A stretch of 64,000 nucleotides of DNA from an uncultured delta proteobacterium (lineage in GTDB: Bacteria; Desulfobacterota; Syntrophia; Syntrophales; Smithellaceae). The DNA lies in the NCBI GenBank assembly GCA_903907985.1, contig CAIVQG010000055.1:2725-66724 (forward strand). Reading direction: 5' to 3'. Position 1 is the first letter of the stretch; every line of letters begins with the position of its first letter. The notes below the pieces were generated by a model. That model was not told the origin of the DNA, did no database searches, and was given only the letters and a program-made list of their open reading frames with translations. Positions 28,485 through 40,711 of this stretch are shown here, one piece after another. A program made the translations under genes and the position numbers.

Positions 28485-28618
28485 AACAGTTTATAGCGCC
28501 GGTGGCATAACGATTAGCGGTCGAGATTTATCTTTGATGTAGAATCGGACTAATACCAATGTTACCGGTATTGTTTTTATTTACTCCGGCTGCTTTTTAG
28601 ATGAAATTAATATTTTCT

Positions 28619-29068
28619 TCAAGAATTGCTGAGCATTGTGTTGATGAGTCCCGCTCCAATAAATACTCTGACAGCGGGGCATTTATTATATTCACTGCAG
28701 TTGGCAAAAACATATGACGGCACTAAGTCATACACATCTTCCTTCCTTACGGGAAACAACCTTTCATTACACTTAAGACAGATCCTGAATATTTTTTTCT
28801 GGTCTATTGTTAAAGAGAATTTAGCAATCACTTCCGCAAGCTGGCTTTCAATATCAATACCCGCCACAAAATATAATTCTCCGGAAAATTGACGATCCAG
28901 CATATCTCGTCTTCTGGTCAGAGCAATCCTTTTTTCAGTGCAAGCCAAATTAAGCAAATCCCTACCGGCTGTGCGGGGAAAAACAATCGTGTCATAACCC
29001 AGCAGCCGCAACCATTTGGCCAATTTTGCTAAAGAGGCATCGGTAAGAAATTTTTTATTTTCAGACAT
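28619..29068 (-). CDS. Mut7-C RNase domain (DUF82) protein, apparently frameshifted near the 3' end
   Basis: The N-terminus is FLTDASLAKLAKWLRLLGYDT and the first zinc knuckle is CLKCNERL. The conserved second knuckle (RCQSIYWSGTH) is only readable in another frame, after a C4 run (plus-strand G-run at 28676-28679). Confidence 0.7.
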   Translation of the reverse strand: MSENKKFLTDASLAKLAKWLRLLGYDTIVFPRTAGRDLLNLACTEKRIALTRRRDMLDRQFSGELYFVAGIDIESQLAEVIAKFSLTIDQKKIFRICLKCNERLFPVRKEDVYDLVPSYVFANCSEYNKCPAVRVFIGAGLINTMLSNS

Positions 29069-29070
29069 GA

Positions 29071-29379
29071 TTATTGAGTTGGTGTTTTTGGTTCTTCAAT
29101 AATTGGTGGCGGCTCATGGGCGCGAAGTTCTTTGCGCAGATCACGAATGGTTTTATTAGAACGGCTGATAGCACGGTTTAAACGAAATCTTTCAATTATC
29201 CCCAGGAAGCCGGTAATAACTATTCCCACCAGAAGAGAAATGAAGAGCAACATATACATGGGAACAATCATATCAATAAAATTATAATATTTAAGATGAA
29301 CCGGTGCTGCATTTTCCAGAGAAAATGTAACGATAAAAAAGGCAAAAACTATAAGTAAAATTAAAGATAGTATTTTCAT
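29071..29379 (-). CDS. LapA-family (DUF1049) small inner-membrane protein
   Basis: It has two TM segments and a basic, coiled C-terminal half (RFRLNRAISRSNKTIRDLRKELR). Confidence 0.65.
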   Translation of the reverse strand: MKILSLILLIVFAFFIVTFSLENAAPVHLKYYNFIDMIVPMYMLLFISLLVGIVITGFLGIIERFRLNRAISRSNKTIRDLRKELRAHEPPPIIEEPKTPTQ

Positions 29380-29383
29380 CTAA

Positions 29384-29869
29384 TTAATCCTCCCGATGAT
29401 ATTTCTGAAAAAGAGGAGCAAGCTTAGTTGCCGTTTTATGCATATCCTCCGGTATAATCCGTATATTATTTACAGCACTCATAAAATTTGTATCGCCTTC
29501 CCAGCGCGGAATTACATGTACATGAATATGTTCTTCAATACCTGCTCCGGCTGCTTTACCGATGTTCATGCCAATATTAAAACCATCCGGATTCATTGCC
29601 TCTTTGAGCACTCTCACCGTCGTATCTAATAAGGCAAATATTTCACTTCTTTCTTCGCTGGTTAAATCTTCAATATTACCAATATGCCTCACGGGAATAA
29701 TCATTAAATGGCCACTCACGTAGGGGTATCTGTTCATCATTACAAAACAGGATTTGCCCTCGCATATTACATAATCGTCGCATCTGATCGAACATTTACA
29801 GAATACGCAGCCTTCGGGCTTTTCACCTTTAATATATTCCATGCGCCATGGTGCAAAAATTGTATCCAT
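29384..29869 (-). CDS. HIT-family nucleotide hydrolase/transferase
   Basis: The histidine triad EEHIHVHVIPR is present, along with an N-terminal Cys cluster (CVFCKC). The sequence has a GalT/Ap4A-phosphorylase-like flavour. Confidence 0.8.
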   Translation of the reverse strand: MDTIFAPWRMEYIKGEKPEGCVFCKCSIRCDDYVICEGKSCFVMMNRYPYVSGHLMIIPVRHIGNIEDLTSEERSEIFALLDTTVRVLKEAMNPDGFNIGMNIGKAAGAGIEEHIHVHVIPRWEGDTNFMSAVNNIRIIPEDMHKTATKLAPLFQKYHRED

Positions 29870-29877
29870 ATTTTTAC

Positions 29878-30375
29878 CTAGAGGTTAATTATCCTACCTG
29901 ATACCTCTTTGTCAATTTCTAATATGCCTATTGATCTATGAGCTGCAAAACGCTTGTCTGTGGGCGATCCCGGATTGAAAAAAAGCACACCGTCACTCTT
30001 GTGGTACACCGGCTTATGTGTATGTCCATAAACAATACAATCCAAGTTACCTGTTTTCGCTGATATTCTTTCCTCAATGCCCGCAGGCGCACCCCAGCCG
30101 TGAACAACTCCAAACTTAAATCCCTGTATTTCGAAAAGCAATTGCTCGGGTAATTTTTCTTTGACCGACGGATAATCCATATTGCCGCAGACTGCTTTGA
30201 TTTCTTTACCTGCAAATATATCCAAAACACGCAGATCAACCAAATCTCCGGCATGAATAATTATATCCACGTCGCCAAAATAATCAGCGACGATTTTTTT
30301 TAATTCTTCGTCATAACCTGGCAGATGGGTATCAGAAATGACACCAATTTTGATTTTTTTCTGTTCCATAATCAT
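29878..30375 (-). CDS. YfcE/MJ0936-family metallophosphoesterase
   Basis: Motifs GVISDTH, HAGD and GNMD, and the pair GHTH with FNPGS, are present. The start is uncertain (ATG at 30375 or 30369; the track start is 30411). Confidence 0.75.
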   Translation of the reverse strand: MIMEQKKIKIGVISDTHLPGYDEELKKIVADYFGDVDIIIHAGDLVDLRVLDIFAGKEIKAVCGNMDYPSVKEKLPEQLLFEIQGFKFGVVHGWGAPAGIEERISAKTGNLDCIVYGHTHKPVYHKSDGVLFFNPGSPTDKRFAAHRSIGILEIDKEVSGRIINL

Positions 30376-30489
30376 TTTTAATTTATTAGCGGCAGGAAAT
30401 AAAAAAAACAAGTTTTATTTCTGTATTTTACCACCATGCAAAAAGCTTTTAATTTGACTTTCTAATAAAGTAAAGCTACTATCCACATC

Positions 30490-32780
<2,291 letters not shown>

Positions 32781-32852
32781 GGAAGCCGTCCCCGGCCTGC
32801 TCCGGGACAGGCTCTGCCAACAAAGTCCGCCATAGAAATTGAAAGGGGCGTT

Positions 32853-33128
32853 ATGAAAAGAATACGCGTTTATATCAGCGGTGTAGTGCAGGGTGTTTTC
32901 TTCCGGGCGGCAACAAGACGAGCCGCCGCCGACTTAAACCTTACCGGCTGGGTACGTAATACGGAAGATGGCCGCGTAGAAGCAGTTTTTGAGGGCGAGG
33001 ATGGGGAAATAGATAAAATGCTTGCCTGGTGCAAAATCGGCCCGCCCGCTGCCAAAGTGGAAAATATTACAACGGCAGAAGAACACTATACCGGCGGCTT
33101 TCACGGCTTCAGTATTAAACATATATAA
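32853..33128 (+). CDS. acyP: acylphosphatase
   Basis: Motifs VSGVVQGVFFR and LTGWVRNTEDGRVEAVFEG are present. Length is 91 aa. Confidence 0.85.
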   Translation: MKRIRVYISGVVQGVFFRAATRRAAADLNLTGWVRNTEDGRVEAVFEGEDGEIDKMLAWCKIGPPAAKVENITTAEEHYTGGFHGFSIKHI

Positions 33129-33326
33129 ATACGCTTGCCATTGCCGGACCTGATCCGATAATCACGATTGCCTAAAGAGAACATCACCATGAAATTGTTT
33201 TCCTTTAGACCTCTTCTTGCATTTTATTTGCCTTAATACTTATCAAGTCATTATATGATAATCCTGTTTTTGCCGAAACAAAAACATTTATCCGGTAATA
33301 TAAATTCCCGTCTTGCAGCATAGTGG

Positions 33327-33349
33327 ATTGCCCGGCCAAGCCGGGCAAT
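33327..33349. terminator. GC-rich hairpin between convergent genes (REP-like, possible bidirectional terminator)
   Basis: ATTGCCCGG-ccaag-CCGGGCAAT forms a 9-bp perfect stem. It lies between the acyP and enoyl-CoA hydratase 3' ends. There is no clear U-tract. Confidence 0.35.
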
Positions 33350-33414
33350 GACAGAAATAAACCTATTTGCATCCTTTACCTTTCGCAGAAAACACTGCGT
33401 TGCGAATCCGGCGA

Positions 33415-34224
33415 TTATTTGCCTTTGAAAACCGGTGGGCGCTTTTCCAAAAATGCCGTGGCGGCCTCGATCATGTCATCCGAGGGGATGGCGGCGGCAT
33501 TCTTCTGGGCAACGTACTCCAGACCCGGATAAATCCCTTTATCCCGGCTGTACATGATAACATCCTTTGTTCCCTGAACGGCCAGGGGCGAACAGGCGGC
33601 AATCTCCTGCGCCAGTTTTCTTGCTTCCGCGATTAAGGCATCCCTGTCCGCGCAGATTCGGGTGATAAACCCTATTTTCAGGGCTTCCTCAGCGCCAAAA
33701 TCCCGTCCGGTAAGCGCCAATTCTCTAAACCACCCATGACCGATAATGTGCGGAAGCCGTTGCAATGTTCCAACATCAGCAATAAAGGCCACCCGGACCT
33801 CCCGGACACCAAAAATCGCATCCGCAGTGGCGATACGAATATCGCAGGCGGACAGGAGATCGACTCCTCCCCCCAGACAATGACTGTGGACAGCGGCAAT
33901 AACCGGTTTGCGGCATTTCTCAATCTGATTTATGCCGCCCTGCGCCTTCAGAATCATCAGACGCATTCTTTCCCGGGTACCGGCATCCATCTGGTTGTAT
34001 AAAGACCCCAGTTCGGCAAGATCCGTCCCGGTGGTAAAGGATTTCCCTTCAGCCCGCAGGACAACGACCCGTATTTCCGGATCCTCATCAAAAGCGGCAA
34101 AATGTTCTGCCAGCCCTTTATAAAAGTCAAAGCCCATGGCATTGCGCTTTTCCGGCCGATCCAAAATCAACCAGGCGATATGCCCTTCTATTTCTACTTT
34201 GAAAGGATCCTTCAACTCCACCAT
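33415..34224 (-). CDS. enoyl-CoA hydratase/isomerase (crotonase) family protein
   Basis: Motifs AWLILDRPEKRNAM, AEGKSFTTGTDL and VHSHCLGGGVDL are present. ATG 34224 follows an AGGAGG SD. The longer track ORF would overlap the upstream gene. Confidence 0.85.
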   Translation of the reverse strand: MVELKDPFKVEIEGHIAWLILDRPEKRNAMGFDFYKGLAEHFAAFDEDPEIRVVVLRAEGKSFTTGTDLAELGSLYNQMDAGTRERMRLMILKAQGGINQIEKCRKPVIAAVHSHCLGGGVDLLSACDIRIATADAIFGVREVRVAFIADVGTLQRLPHIIGHGWFRELALTGRDFGAEEALKIGFITRICADRDALIAEARKLAQEIAACSPLAVQGTKDVIMYSRDKGIYPGLEYVAQKNAAAIPSDDMIEAATAFLEKRPPVFKGK

Positions 34225-34261
34225 GACTAACCTCCTTGGATAATATAATTTTTGACAATTC

Positions 34262-35443
34262 CTAACGGCATTCCTTGATCGCTTCGGCAAATCCATCCAG
34301 GGAATTGCCGATAGTCGCGTCGTCAACGCAAAAGGCAATCCGGAAATAGCCGGGACTGCCGAAGCCGCTGCCGGGAACAACAAGGATATTTCTTTTTAAA
34401 AGCATCTGGACAAAAGCTGCGTCATCGGGAATCGGACTTTGGGGGAATAAATAAAACGCGCCTTGCGGTTTTTCAAATTTATATCCGGCCTTCGTAAGCC
34501 CGGCACAAAGCAGATCACGCTTTCTTTTATAAACATCAACATCAACTGTAACATCCTGCAGCCGGGCAACAATCCTCTGCATCAATGCCGGAGCATTCAC
34601 AAAACCGGAAATCCGCGTACATAAAATCAAGGCATTGAGCAACTCGGCGGCTTCTTCAATTTCCGGGTTGACGGCAATATAACCGATTCTCTCTCCGGGC
34701 AATGATAATGTTTTCGAATAGGAATAGGCAATAATGCTGTTTGAGTAAACGGAAAATATATTGGGCACGGTAACATTGTCATAGACTATTTCACTGTATG
34801 GCTCATCGGAAACAAGATAGATTGTTTTTTTAATCTCCTTACTTTTCTTATCCAGCATCCTTGCCAAATCGGCAATGCTTTGTTCGCTGTATACTTTTCC
34901 CGTGGGATTATTGGGCGAATTAATTAATACTGCTTTGGTCTTACCATTGACAGCCGAAGCAATGGCAGTTACATCGAGCGAGAAGTCGTTCTGAGTTTTC
35001 ACCTTTCGGAGGACACCGCCGTAATTATCAACATAGGCTGCATATTCCATAAAGAAAGGTACCGGCACGATGACTTCGTCTTGCGGATCAAGCAGAGCCT
35101 TAAAAATTACATTGAGGGCACCACCGGCGCCGCAGGACATGATTACATGATCGCCATTGAGCTTGAGGCCGTGCATTTTGTTTATTTTGGCAGCAATAAC
35201 CTGCCTGGTTTCCGCATAGCCGGCATTGGGCATATAACCATGCTTATTGGAAATAATTTCTTGTGCTAACATTATCAGTTCTTTTTTAAAATTCTCCGGT
35301 GGTTCCACATTGGGATTACCCAGACTGAAATCATACACCTTATCAGCCCCGAATTTCTTTTTCAGGATAGCACCCTCCTCAAACATTTTCCGAATCATCG
35401 ATGACTGTGAAATGGAAGCTTTTATTTTTTGGGAAATGGACAT
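34262..35443 (-). CDS. class I/II PLP-dependent aminotransferase (AspC/AlaT-like)
   Basis: Motifs LGNPNVEPP and NSPNNPTG are present, along with the PLP-Lys motif YSYSKTLSLPGERIGY. Confidence 0.85.
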   Translation of the reverse strand: MSISQKIKASISQSSMIRKMFEEGAILKKKFGADKVYDFSLGNPNVEPPENFKKELIMLAQEIISNKHGYMPNAGYAETRQVIAAKINKMHGLKLNGDHVIMSCGAGGALNVIFKALLDPQDEVIVPVPFFMEYAAYVDNYGGVLRKVKTQNDFSLDVTAIASAVNGKTKAVLINSPNNPTGKVYSEQSIADLARMLDKKSKEIKKTIYLVSDEPYSEIVYDNVTVPNIFSVYSNSIIAYSYSKTLSLPGERIGYIAVNPEIEEAAELLNALILCTRISGFVNAPALMQRIVARLQDVTVDVDVYKRKRDLLCAGLTKAGYKFEKPQGAFYLFPQSPIPDDAAFVQMLLKRNILVVPGSGFGSPGYFRIAFCVDDATIGNSLDGFAEAIKECR

Positions 35444-35463
35444 AAAAATACCTCTTATATTAT

Positions 35464-36123
35464 TTAATAATTTTTCTTTAGATAATTATTGATCTCACTG
35501 AAATCGTCAAAGAGCATACAGGGTGTACCTTCCTGTTCGCATCGCTGATAGAGAATTTTCTTGGCAAACACGACATCCGCATGCCTTGAAGGACAAAAAT
35601 CGGAATAACCGTCTCCGATATAAATAATTTTATCATAACTCAGGCGATAAGAATTCAGAATTCTGCTCTTGCAAGTTCCACAACGCCCGCAGAAATCATT
35701 CCTGCTGGGAAATTCGATGGAAAAAGAACTATCCGCACCAAAGATGGCCTCATTAGAATAATATTCAATTCCGGCAAGGTTGTATTTGTTCAGAACTGCT
35801 TCGATATAAAAATCCAACCCATCGGATACTATCTTTATATCTATATTTTTATCCCTGCTCAAAGAACAAAATTCGGGGAAATACGGATCAAGCTTCTCGA
35901 TTGCCAGAACGTGTTCGAGCATTTTTTCGCGGCAGCCTTTAAGTCTTTGGGCAATCCGCTCATAAGCAAGGCGGGAGCCGATTTTCCCCTGAACATAGGC
36001 TCTCTCAATATCACCTAAGCTGGACGTGGCAAACTTATTTATAAGCTGATTGCCCAGGTCAACTGTGGATATTGTTCCGTCAAAATCGGTAAGTATAAGA
36101 ATCTTCTTGGATGGGGAAGACAT
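35464..36123 (-). CDS. HAD-IB phosphatase, MtnX-like subfamily
   Basis: Motifs LTDFDGTIS, VSDGLDFY and IGDGYSD are present, plus the internal Cys motif CGRCGTCK. Confidence 0.7.
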   Translation of the reverse strand: MSSPSKKILILTDFDGTISTVDLGNQLINKFATSSLGDIERAYVQGKIGSRLAYERIAQRLKGCREKMLEHVLAIEKLDPYFPEFCSLSRDKNIDIKIVSDGLDFYIEAVLNKYNLAGIEYYSNEAIFGADSSFSIEFPSRNDFCGRCGTCKSRILNSYRLSYDKIIYIGDGYSDFCPSRHADVVFAKKILYQRCEQEGTPCMLFDDFSEINNYLKKNY

Positions 36124-36277
36124 AACCAGACAATTTCAGCTTTCTATATTTACTAGTGTAGTGTAAAAAGCGTTTTTACAACATGTTGTCACAAAACGCC
36201 GCACACCAGGCTTCACACTCCGCAGTAAATCTTCCTAATCTTTAAAGAATGTGTCATCTTTTCACCTAGATATAACA

Positions 36278-36592
36278 CTAGTTGTGTTTGCGGCGCCTGA
36301 GCAAGACAAATATCCCCAGCAAAATCAGCACTGCCGGCAATATATATTGGGAATATTTGGAAAGCTCGATACCGAAAAATTCATTGGCCAGAAAAACTCC
36401 GCCTGCCACGGTTATAAACCAGCCCCCGAAATCTTTAATTCTTTGAATAATAGCACATATTCCGATGACAATAATCAGTACCGGCCACGTTTGTCCGAAG
36501 GAGTAAACTCCTGCCTTGCTTAGATAAATCAATACTCCCAGTGTAATTAAAATCATGCCGCCGGTAAGAATGTTGCGTTTTTCATTTGGCAT
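36278..36592 (-). CDS. small integral membrane protein (3-4 TM), function unknown
   Basis: The 104-aa ORF has hydrophobic segments and a basic C-terminus (LLRRRKHN). Confidence 0.55.
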   Translation of the reverse strand: MPNEKRNILTGGMILITLGVLIYLSKAGVYSFGQTWPVLIIVIGICAIIQRIKDFGGWFITVAGGVFLANEFFGIELSKYSQYILPAVLILLGIFVLLRRRKHN

Positions 36593-36651
36593 AAAACCTT
36601 CTCCTCTTAAAATATATTTGGCGGCAGATTTCCATCTGCTGCCTTTAATTA

Positions 36652-37416
36652 TTATGCTTTTTCCGCCATTTTTAAAAATGGTTTAAATAAATCAATCGGT
36701 ATCGGGAATAATATTGTCGAGTTATTCTCCGCGGCAATCTGATTCAAAGTCTGCAGGTACCTTAATTGCAAAGACATTGGTTGTGTTTCCATCAGTTGAG
36801 CCGCGTCGATCAGCTTCTGAGCTGCCTGGAATTCGCCTTCGGCATTGATTACTTTAGCTCTTCTTTCTCTTTCCGCTTCGGCCTGTTTGGCCATCGAACG
36901 CTTCATTTCTTCCGGCAAATCAATGTGCTTTACTTCGACCAAAGATATTTTAATACCCCAGGGCTCGGTACTGCGATCCAATATTGCCTGCAAATGCAGA
37001 TTAATCTTTTCCCGCTCCGAAAGAATTTCATCCAATTCCATCTGTCCGCAGACGCTTCTGAGCGTGGTTTGGGCTAATTGGGATGTGGCATAAAGATAAT
37101 TTTCGACATTAGTCACTGCCGCATTAGCATCCATTACGCGGAAGTAAACAACGGCGCTTACTTTGATGGATACGTTATCTTTAGTGATAACATCCTGAGG
37201 GGGAACGTCTAAAGTGATTGTGCGCATATCCACTTTTACCACTTTATCAATACCGGGAATGATTATGATCAAACCGGGTCCCTTGACATCCCGTATTCTT
37301 CCCAAACGAAAAACAACCGCCCTTTCGTATTCATTTAAAATACGAATGGCAGAAGTCAAAAACATGACCACCAGCACAATCACAACAATTGCAGGCAATG
37401 ATAACGCTCCAACCAT
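36652..37416 (-). CDS. SPFH/band-7 (stomatin-like) protein
   Basis: It has an N-terminal TM segment followed by [15 protein letters not shown]...GPGLIIIIP and a coiled AEAERERRA region. It is paired with an NfeD gene. Confidence 0.85.
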   Translation of the reverse strand: MVGALSLPAIVVIVLVVMFLTSAIRILNEYERAVVFRLGRIRDVKGPGLIIIIPGIDKVVKVDMRTITLDVPPQDVITKDNVSIKVSAVVYFRVMDANAAVTNVENYLYATSQLAQTTLRSVCGQMELDEILSEREKINLHLQAILDRSTEPWGIKISLVEVKHIDLPEEMKRSMAKQAEAERERRAKVINAEGEFQAAQKLIDAAQLMETQPMSLQLRYLQTLNQIAAENNSTILFPIPIDLFKPFLKMAEKA

Positions 37417-37443
37417 TTTATCTTCCTCCTTATTATTAATAAA

Positions 37444-38748
37444 TTATTGTTCTTTCTTAATTTCTTCCACGCTCAAGTTAAGGCCCTCAATTTTAAGAAT
37501 TCGTACTTTTGCTCCCTTCTTGATCGGTTCTTCACTTGTCGCCTTCCAATATTCTCCTTTTAAAAACACTTCTCCTTCATTGGCTATGTCTGTCACAGCT
37601 TCCGCCTCAACATTAATCATTGCTTCCGCACCGGAAAAATGTTTCCGTAATTGGGCCTTTATTGCCAGCCAGATAACTACTATAAAGAAAGCTGAAGCCA
37701 CTACGACCGCCGGAATTAATACTTGCAACGAAATCCGCAAAGCCGGGTCAGTTGTATCAAATAAAAGCAGTGATCCCATGATTAATGAAATTACACCTCC
37801 CACAGAAAGTATTCCGTGACTCATAACTTTTATCTCCGCAATAAACAAAATTACACCGAATATTATCAGCAATATTCCTGTGTAATTAACGGGCAGAGTG
37901 GACAAACCGAAAAATGCCAGCAAGAGAGATATCCCGCCAATAACTCCCGGCAGTATAGCACCCGGTGTAGATAGTTCAAAATACAATCCCGCCAGACCGA
38001 TCAGCAAAAGGATATACGAAATATTGGGATCAGAAATCGCCGCGAGTATTCCTTGACGCGTTCCCATTTTTTTATTGTTAATTGCTGCATTTTTTGTTGA
38101 TATTTTCTTTTTCCCGCCGGACAATTTTATTTCTTTTTGATCAATTGCTTCTAAAAGCTTTTCAACATCGGGGACGACATAATCAATAACATTCAATTTC
38201 AGTGCTTCTTCCGCAGTAATTGATTCACTTTTACGCACTGCCTTTTCAACCCATTCTTCAGAGCGCCCTTTGGATTTAGCAATACTGCGGACATAAGCTG
38301 CTGCATCATTTTCCACCTTCTTCGACATCGTTTTATCCATCCCCCCACCGCCAATACCTATGGCTACAGGATGAGCTGCTCCGATATTGGTCCCGGGAGC
38401 CATTGCCGCTATGTGCGCCGCCGTAGCAACAATAACTCCGGCGGATGCTGCACGGGCACCGGAAGGATAAACAAAAACAATTACCGGCAGAGGAGCATTG
38501 AGAATGCTTTTGGCGATATCTCGCATGGCGGTATCCATCCCCCCTGGCGTATCTAGCAAAATAATAAGCCCTTCTGCCCCTTCTTTATTGGCCTCCTCAA
38601 TACTCGTTGCTATGTATTTTGCGGTGGGTGATGTTATGACTCCCTCAAGACTGATCATATTGAATACCGGTTTTTTTTCTCCGGCAGAAGCACCAACACT
38701 GGTTATTGATAAAAGTAACATCAAGATGGAGATAATTTTTCTAAACAT
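37444..38748 (-). CDS. NfeD-family membrane-bound serine protease (ClpP-class)
   Basis: It has a signal peptide, a ClpP-like domain (LDTPGG...SAG...HPV), four or more TM segments and a C-terminal OB (NfeD) domain. I chose ATG 38748 to avoid overlapping the UDG gene. Confidence 0.8.
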   Translation of the reverse strand: MFRKIISILMLLLSITSVGASAGEKKPVFNMISLEGVITSPTAKYIATSIEEANKEGAEGLIILLDTPGGMDTAMRDIAKSILNAPLPVIVFVYPSGARAASAGVIVATAAHIAAMAPGTNIGAAHPVAIGIGGGGMDKTMSKKVENDAAAYVRSIAKSKGRSEEWVEKAVRKSESITAEEALKLNVIDYVVPDVEKLLEAIDQKEIKLSGGKKKISTKNAAINNKKMGTRQGILAAISDPNISYILLLIGLAGLYFELSTPGAILPGVIGGISLLLAFFGLSTLPVNYTGILLIIFGVILFIAEIKVMSHGILSVGGVISLIMGSLLLFDTTDPALRISLQVLIPAVVVASAFFIVVIWLAIKAQLRKHFSGAEAMINVEAEAVTDIANEGEVFLKGEYWKATSEEPIKKGAKVRILKIEGLNLSVEEIKKEQ

Positions 38749-38780
38749 TTTTTTACCTCTTCTTTTGACTGCAAGAAATA

Positions 38781-39500
38781 TTAATTTTGCAGCTCTTTCA
38801 TAATCAGTTGCACATCTTCCCACACGGTCTTCTTGGCACTCGGATTCCGCAATAAATAGGCAGGATGATATGTCGGCATTAACTTTATTCCCTCATAGGA
38901 GTGAAAACGGCCGCGTAAGACGCTTATCGGCACTTCAGTTTTCAGCAGAGTTTTTGCGGCAAAAGTTCCCAAAGCACAGATTATCTGTGGAGAAATACTT
39001 CTTAGCTGTTGTTTTAAAAAAGGCTCACATGCGGCAATCTCTGCGGGCAGTGGATTGCGATTTTGCGGAGGACGGCATTTGAGAATGTTGCAAATATAAA
39101 CGTCTTTACGGCCTAAGCCCATTGCTTCAATTATTTTCGTCAATAGCTGGCCCGCCCGTCCGACAAACGGCAACCCTTGTTCATCCTCGTCTGCACCCGG
39201 AGCTTCTCCAACAAAAACAATCTTTGCCTGTGGATTGCCATCACCGAAAACTAGATTCTGCCTCGTTATACCCAACGGGCAAAGCCGGCAGCCTGCCATA
39301 TCTGTGCAAATCTTATTCAAGTCGAATTCATTATTTCGGGCATCAACAATAAGGTTCTTCTGCACTCTGTCCACTTTTTTCCATTCCATGCCCACAGCAT
39401 ATTTCTCTTGATTAATTACATGACTCTTGAGTGCTTTCACTGCTGCAAGCAATTCTGCACGCAATTGCCTTTGTGATGACTCGGTAATAATTTCAGCCAT
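38781..39500 (-). CDS. uracil-DNA glycosylase, family 4 (Fe-S type)
   Basis: Motifs CRLCPL, GEAPGADED and HPAYLLRNP are present. The N-terminal extension is about 60 aa. Confidence 0.85.
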   Translation of the reverse strand: MAEIITESSQRQLRAELLAAVKALKSHVINQEKYAVGMEWKKVDRVQKNLIVDARNNEFDLNKICTDMAGCRLCPLGITRQNLVFGDGNPQAKIVFVGEAPGADEDEQGLPFVGRAGQLLTKIIEAMGLGRKDVYICNILKCRPPQNRNPLPAEIAACEPFLKQQLRSISPQIICALGTFAAKTLLKTEVPISVLRGRFHSYEGIKLMPTYHPAYLLRNPSAKKTVWEDVQLIMKELQN

Positions 39501-40711
39501 TACTTTTTTCTTTTGCCTTTCCGGCGAGTTGTATCTTTAATGCGGTCCAGAATCTTAACAGCTGCATCAATTTTTGTCATTTTCGGTAGTGCTTCCACAT
39601 TTCCGCTACTGTCAATTATCGTAATTATATTAGTATCAGTCTGGAAACCGGCACCTTCCTCACGCAAATTGTTCGCCACTATGAAATCCATTTTCTTTCT
39701 TTTGAGTTTGTCCTGGGCATTGGCCAGCAGATTCTGTGTCTCCATCGCAAAACCAACCAGAATGCGGTTTCCTTTGTTCTTGCTGATTTCCGAAATTATG
39801 TCCGGATTTCTCTCCAGCATTAACGAAAAGGATTGATTACTTTTCTTTATTTTTTCTTTCGCCAAAGAGGCAGGCCGAAAGTCGGCAACCGCAGCAGCTT
39901 TGATTATGATCGTCGATTTCTTAAAATGTTCCAATACCGCTTCATACATTTCCTGCGCCGTACGAATTTGCACAACTTCAATTCCGGGCGGCAGGGACAG
40001 ATCAGTGGGTCCGGTAATTAAAGTAACCTGAGCGCCACGCCATCTGGCAACTCTGGCCAGAGCATAACCCATTTTCCCTGATGATAAATTAGTAATAAAC
40101 CGCACCGGGTCCAACGGTTCTTCTGTTGGTCCGGCAGTAACCAGAATTCGCTCGCCGGTTAAATCTTTGGGAGTCAACAGCGCGGCAATTTCTTCGACGA
40201 TAGCGGAGGCTTCGGGCAGCCGGCCTGAGCCGGAAGTCTTGCAGGCCAATTCGCCGAAAGTGCTATCCATCACTGCATAGCCGTATTTCTTCAGTTTATC
40301 GATATTATCCTGAACAACAGGATTGGCCAGCATTTTGTCATTCATTGCCGGACAAATAAGAGTAGGCTTGTCGGTAGCCATGATCGTGGTCGAGAGCAAA
40401 TCGTCGGCAACGCCCGATGCAATCTTGCCAATGATATTTCCTGTTGCCGGCGCAATAACAAAGACATCCGCAAATTCGGCAAGAGTTATGTGCGCCATAT
40501 CATATTTGGCAGTGGGAACAAACATGTCCGTATATACCATATCGCCCGAAAGAGTCTGAAAAGTCAGAGGAGAAATAAATTCCCCGGCACTTTTAGTCAT
40601 GATGACTTTTACTTGCGCTCCTTCTTTGATTAACGCACGGGTTAATTCTGCCGCTTTATAAGCAGCAATCCCACCGGTCACTCCTAAGACAATTTTTTTA
40701 CCATTGAGCAT
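39500..40711 (-). CDS. coaBC: bifunctional phosphopantothenoylcysteine decarboxylase / phosphopantothenate--cysteine ligase
   Basis: Motifs GVTGGIAAYKA and PAMN are present, and the C-terminal CoaB half has ITNLSSGKMG. Length is 403 aa. Confidence 0.9.
   Translation of the reverse strand: MLNGKKIVLGVTGGIAAYKAAELTRALIKEGAQVKVIMTKSAGEFISPLTFQTLSGDMVYTDMFVPTAKYDMAHITLAEFADVFVIAPATGNIIGKIASGVADDLLSTTIMATDKPTLICPAMNDKMLANPVVQDNIDKLKKYGYAVMDSTFGELACKTSGSGRLPEASAIVEEIAALLTPKDLTGERILVTAGPTEEPLDPVRFITNLSSGKMGYALARVARWRGAQVTLITGPTDLSLPPGIEVVQIRTAQEMYEAVLEHFKKSTIIIKAAAVADFRPASLAKEKIKKSNQSFSLMLERNPDIISEISKNKGNRILVGFAMETQNLLANAQDKLKRKKMDFIVANNLREEGAGFQTDTNIITIIDSSGNVEALPKMTKIDAAVKILDRIKDTTRRKGKRKK

Noticed and set aside
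33415-34383. Long N-terminal extensions offered by the ORF track: enoyl-CoA hydratase from 34383, NfeD from 38823, the Fe-S protein from 1219, and the kinase from 49360.
   Set aside because: The extensions overlap the upstream genes or lack an SD, whereas internal ATGs (34224, 38748, 1315, 49432) give canonical N-termini, mostly with good SD sequences.
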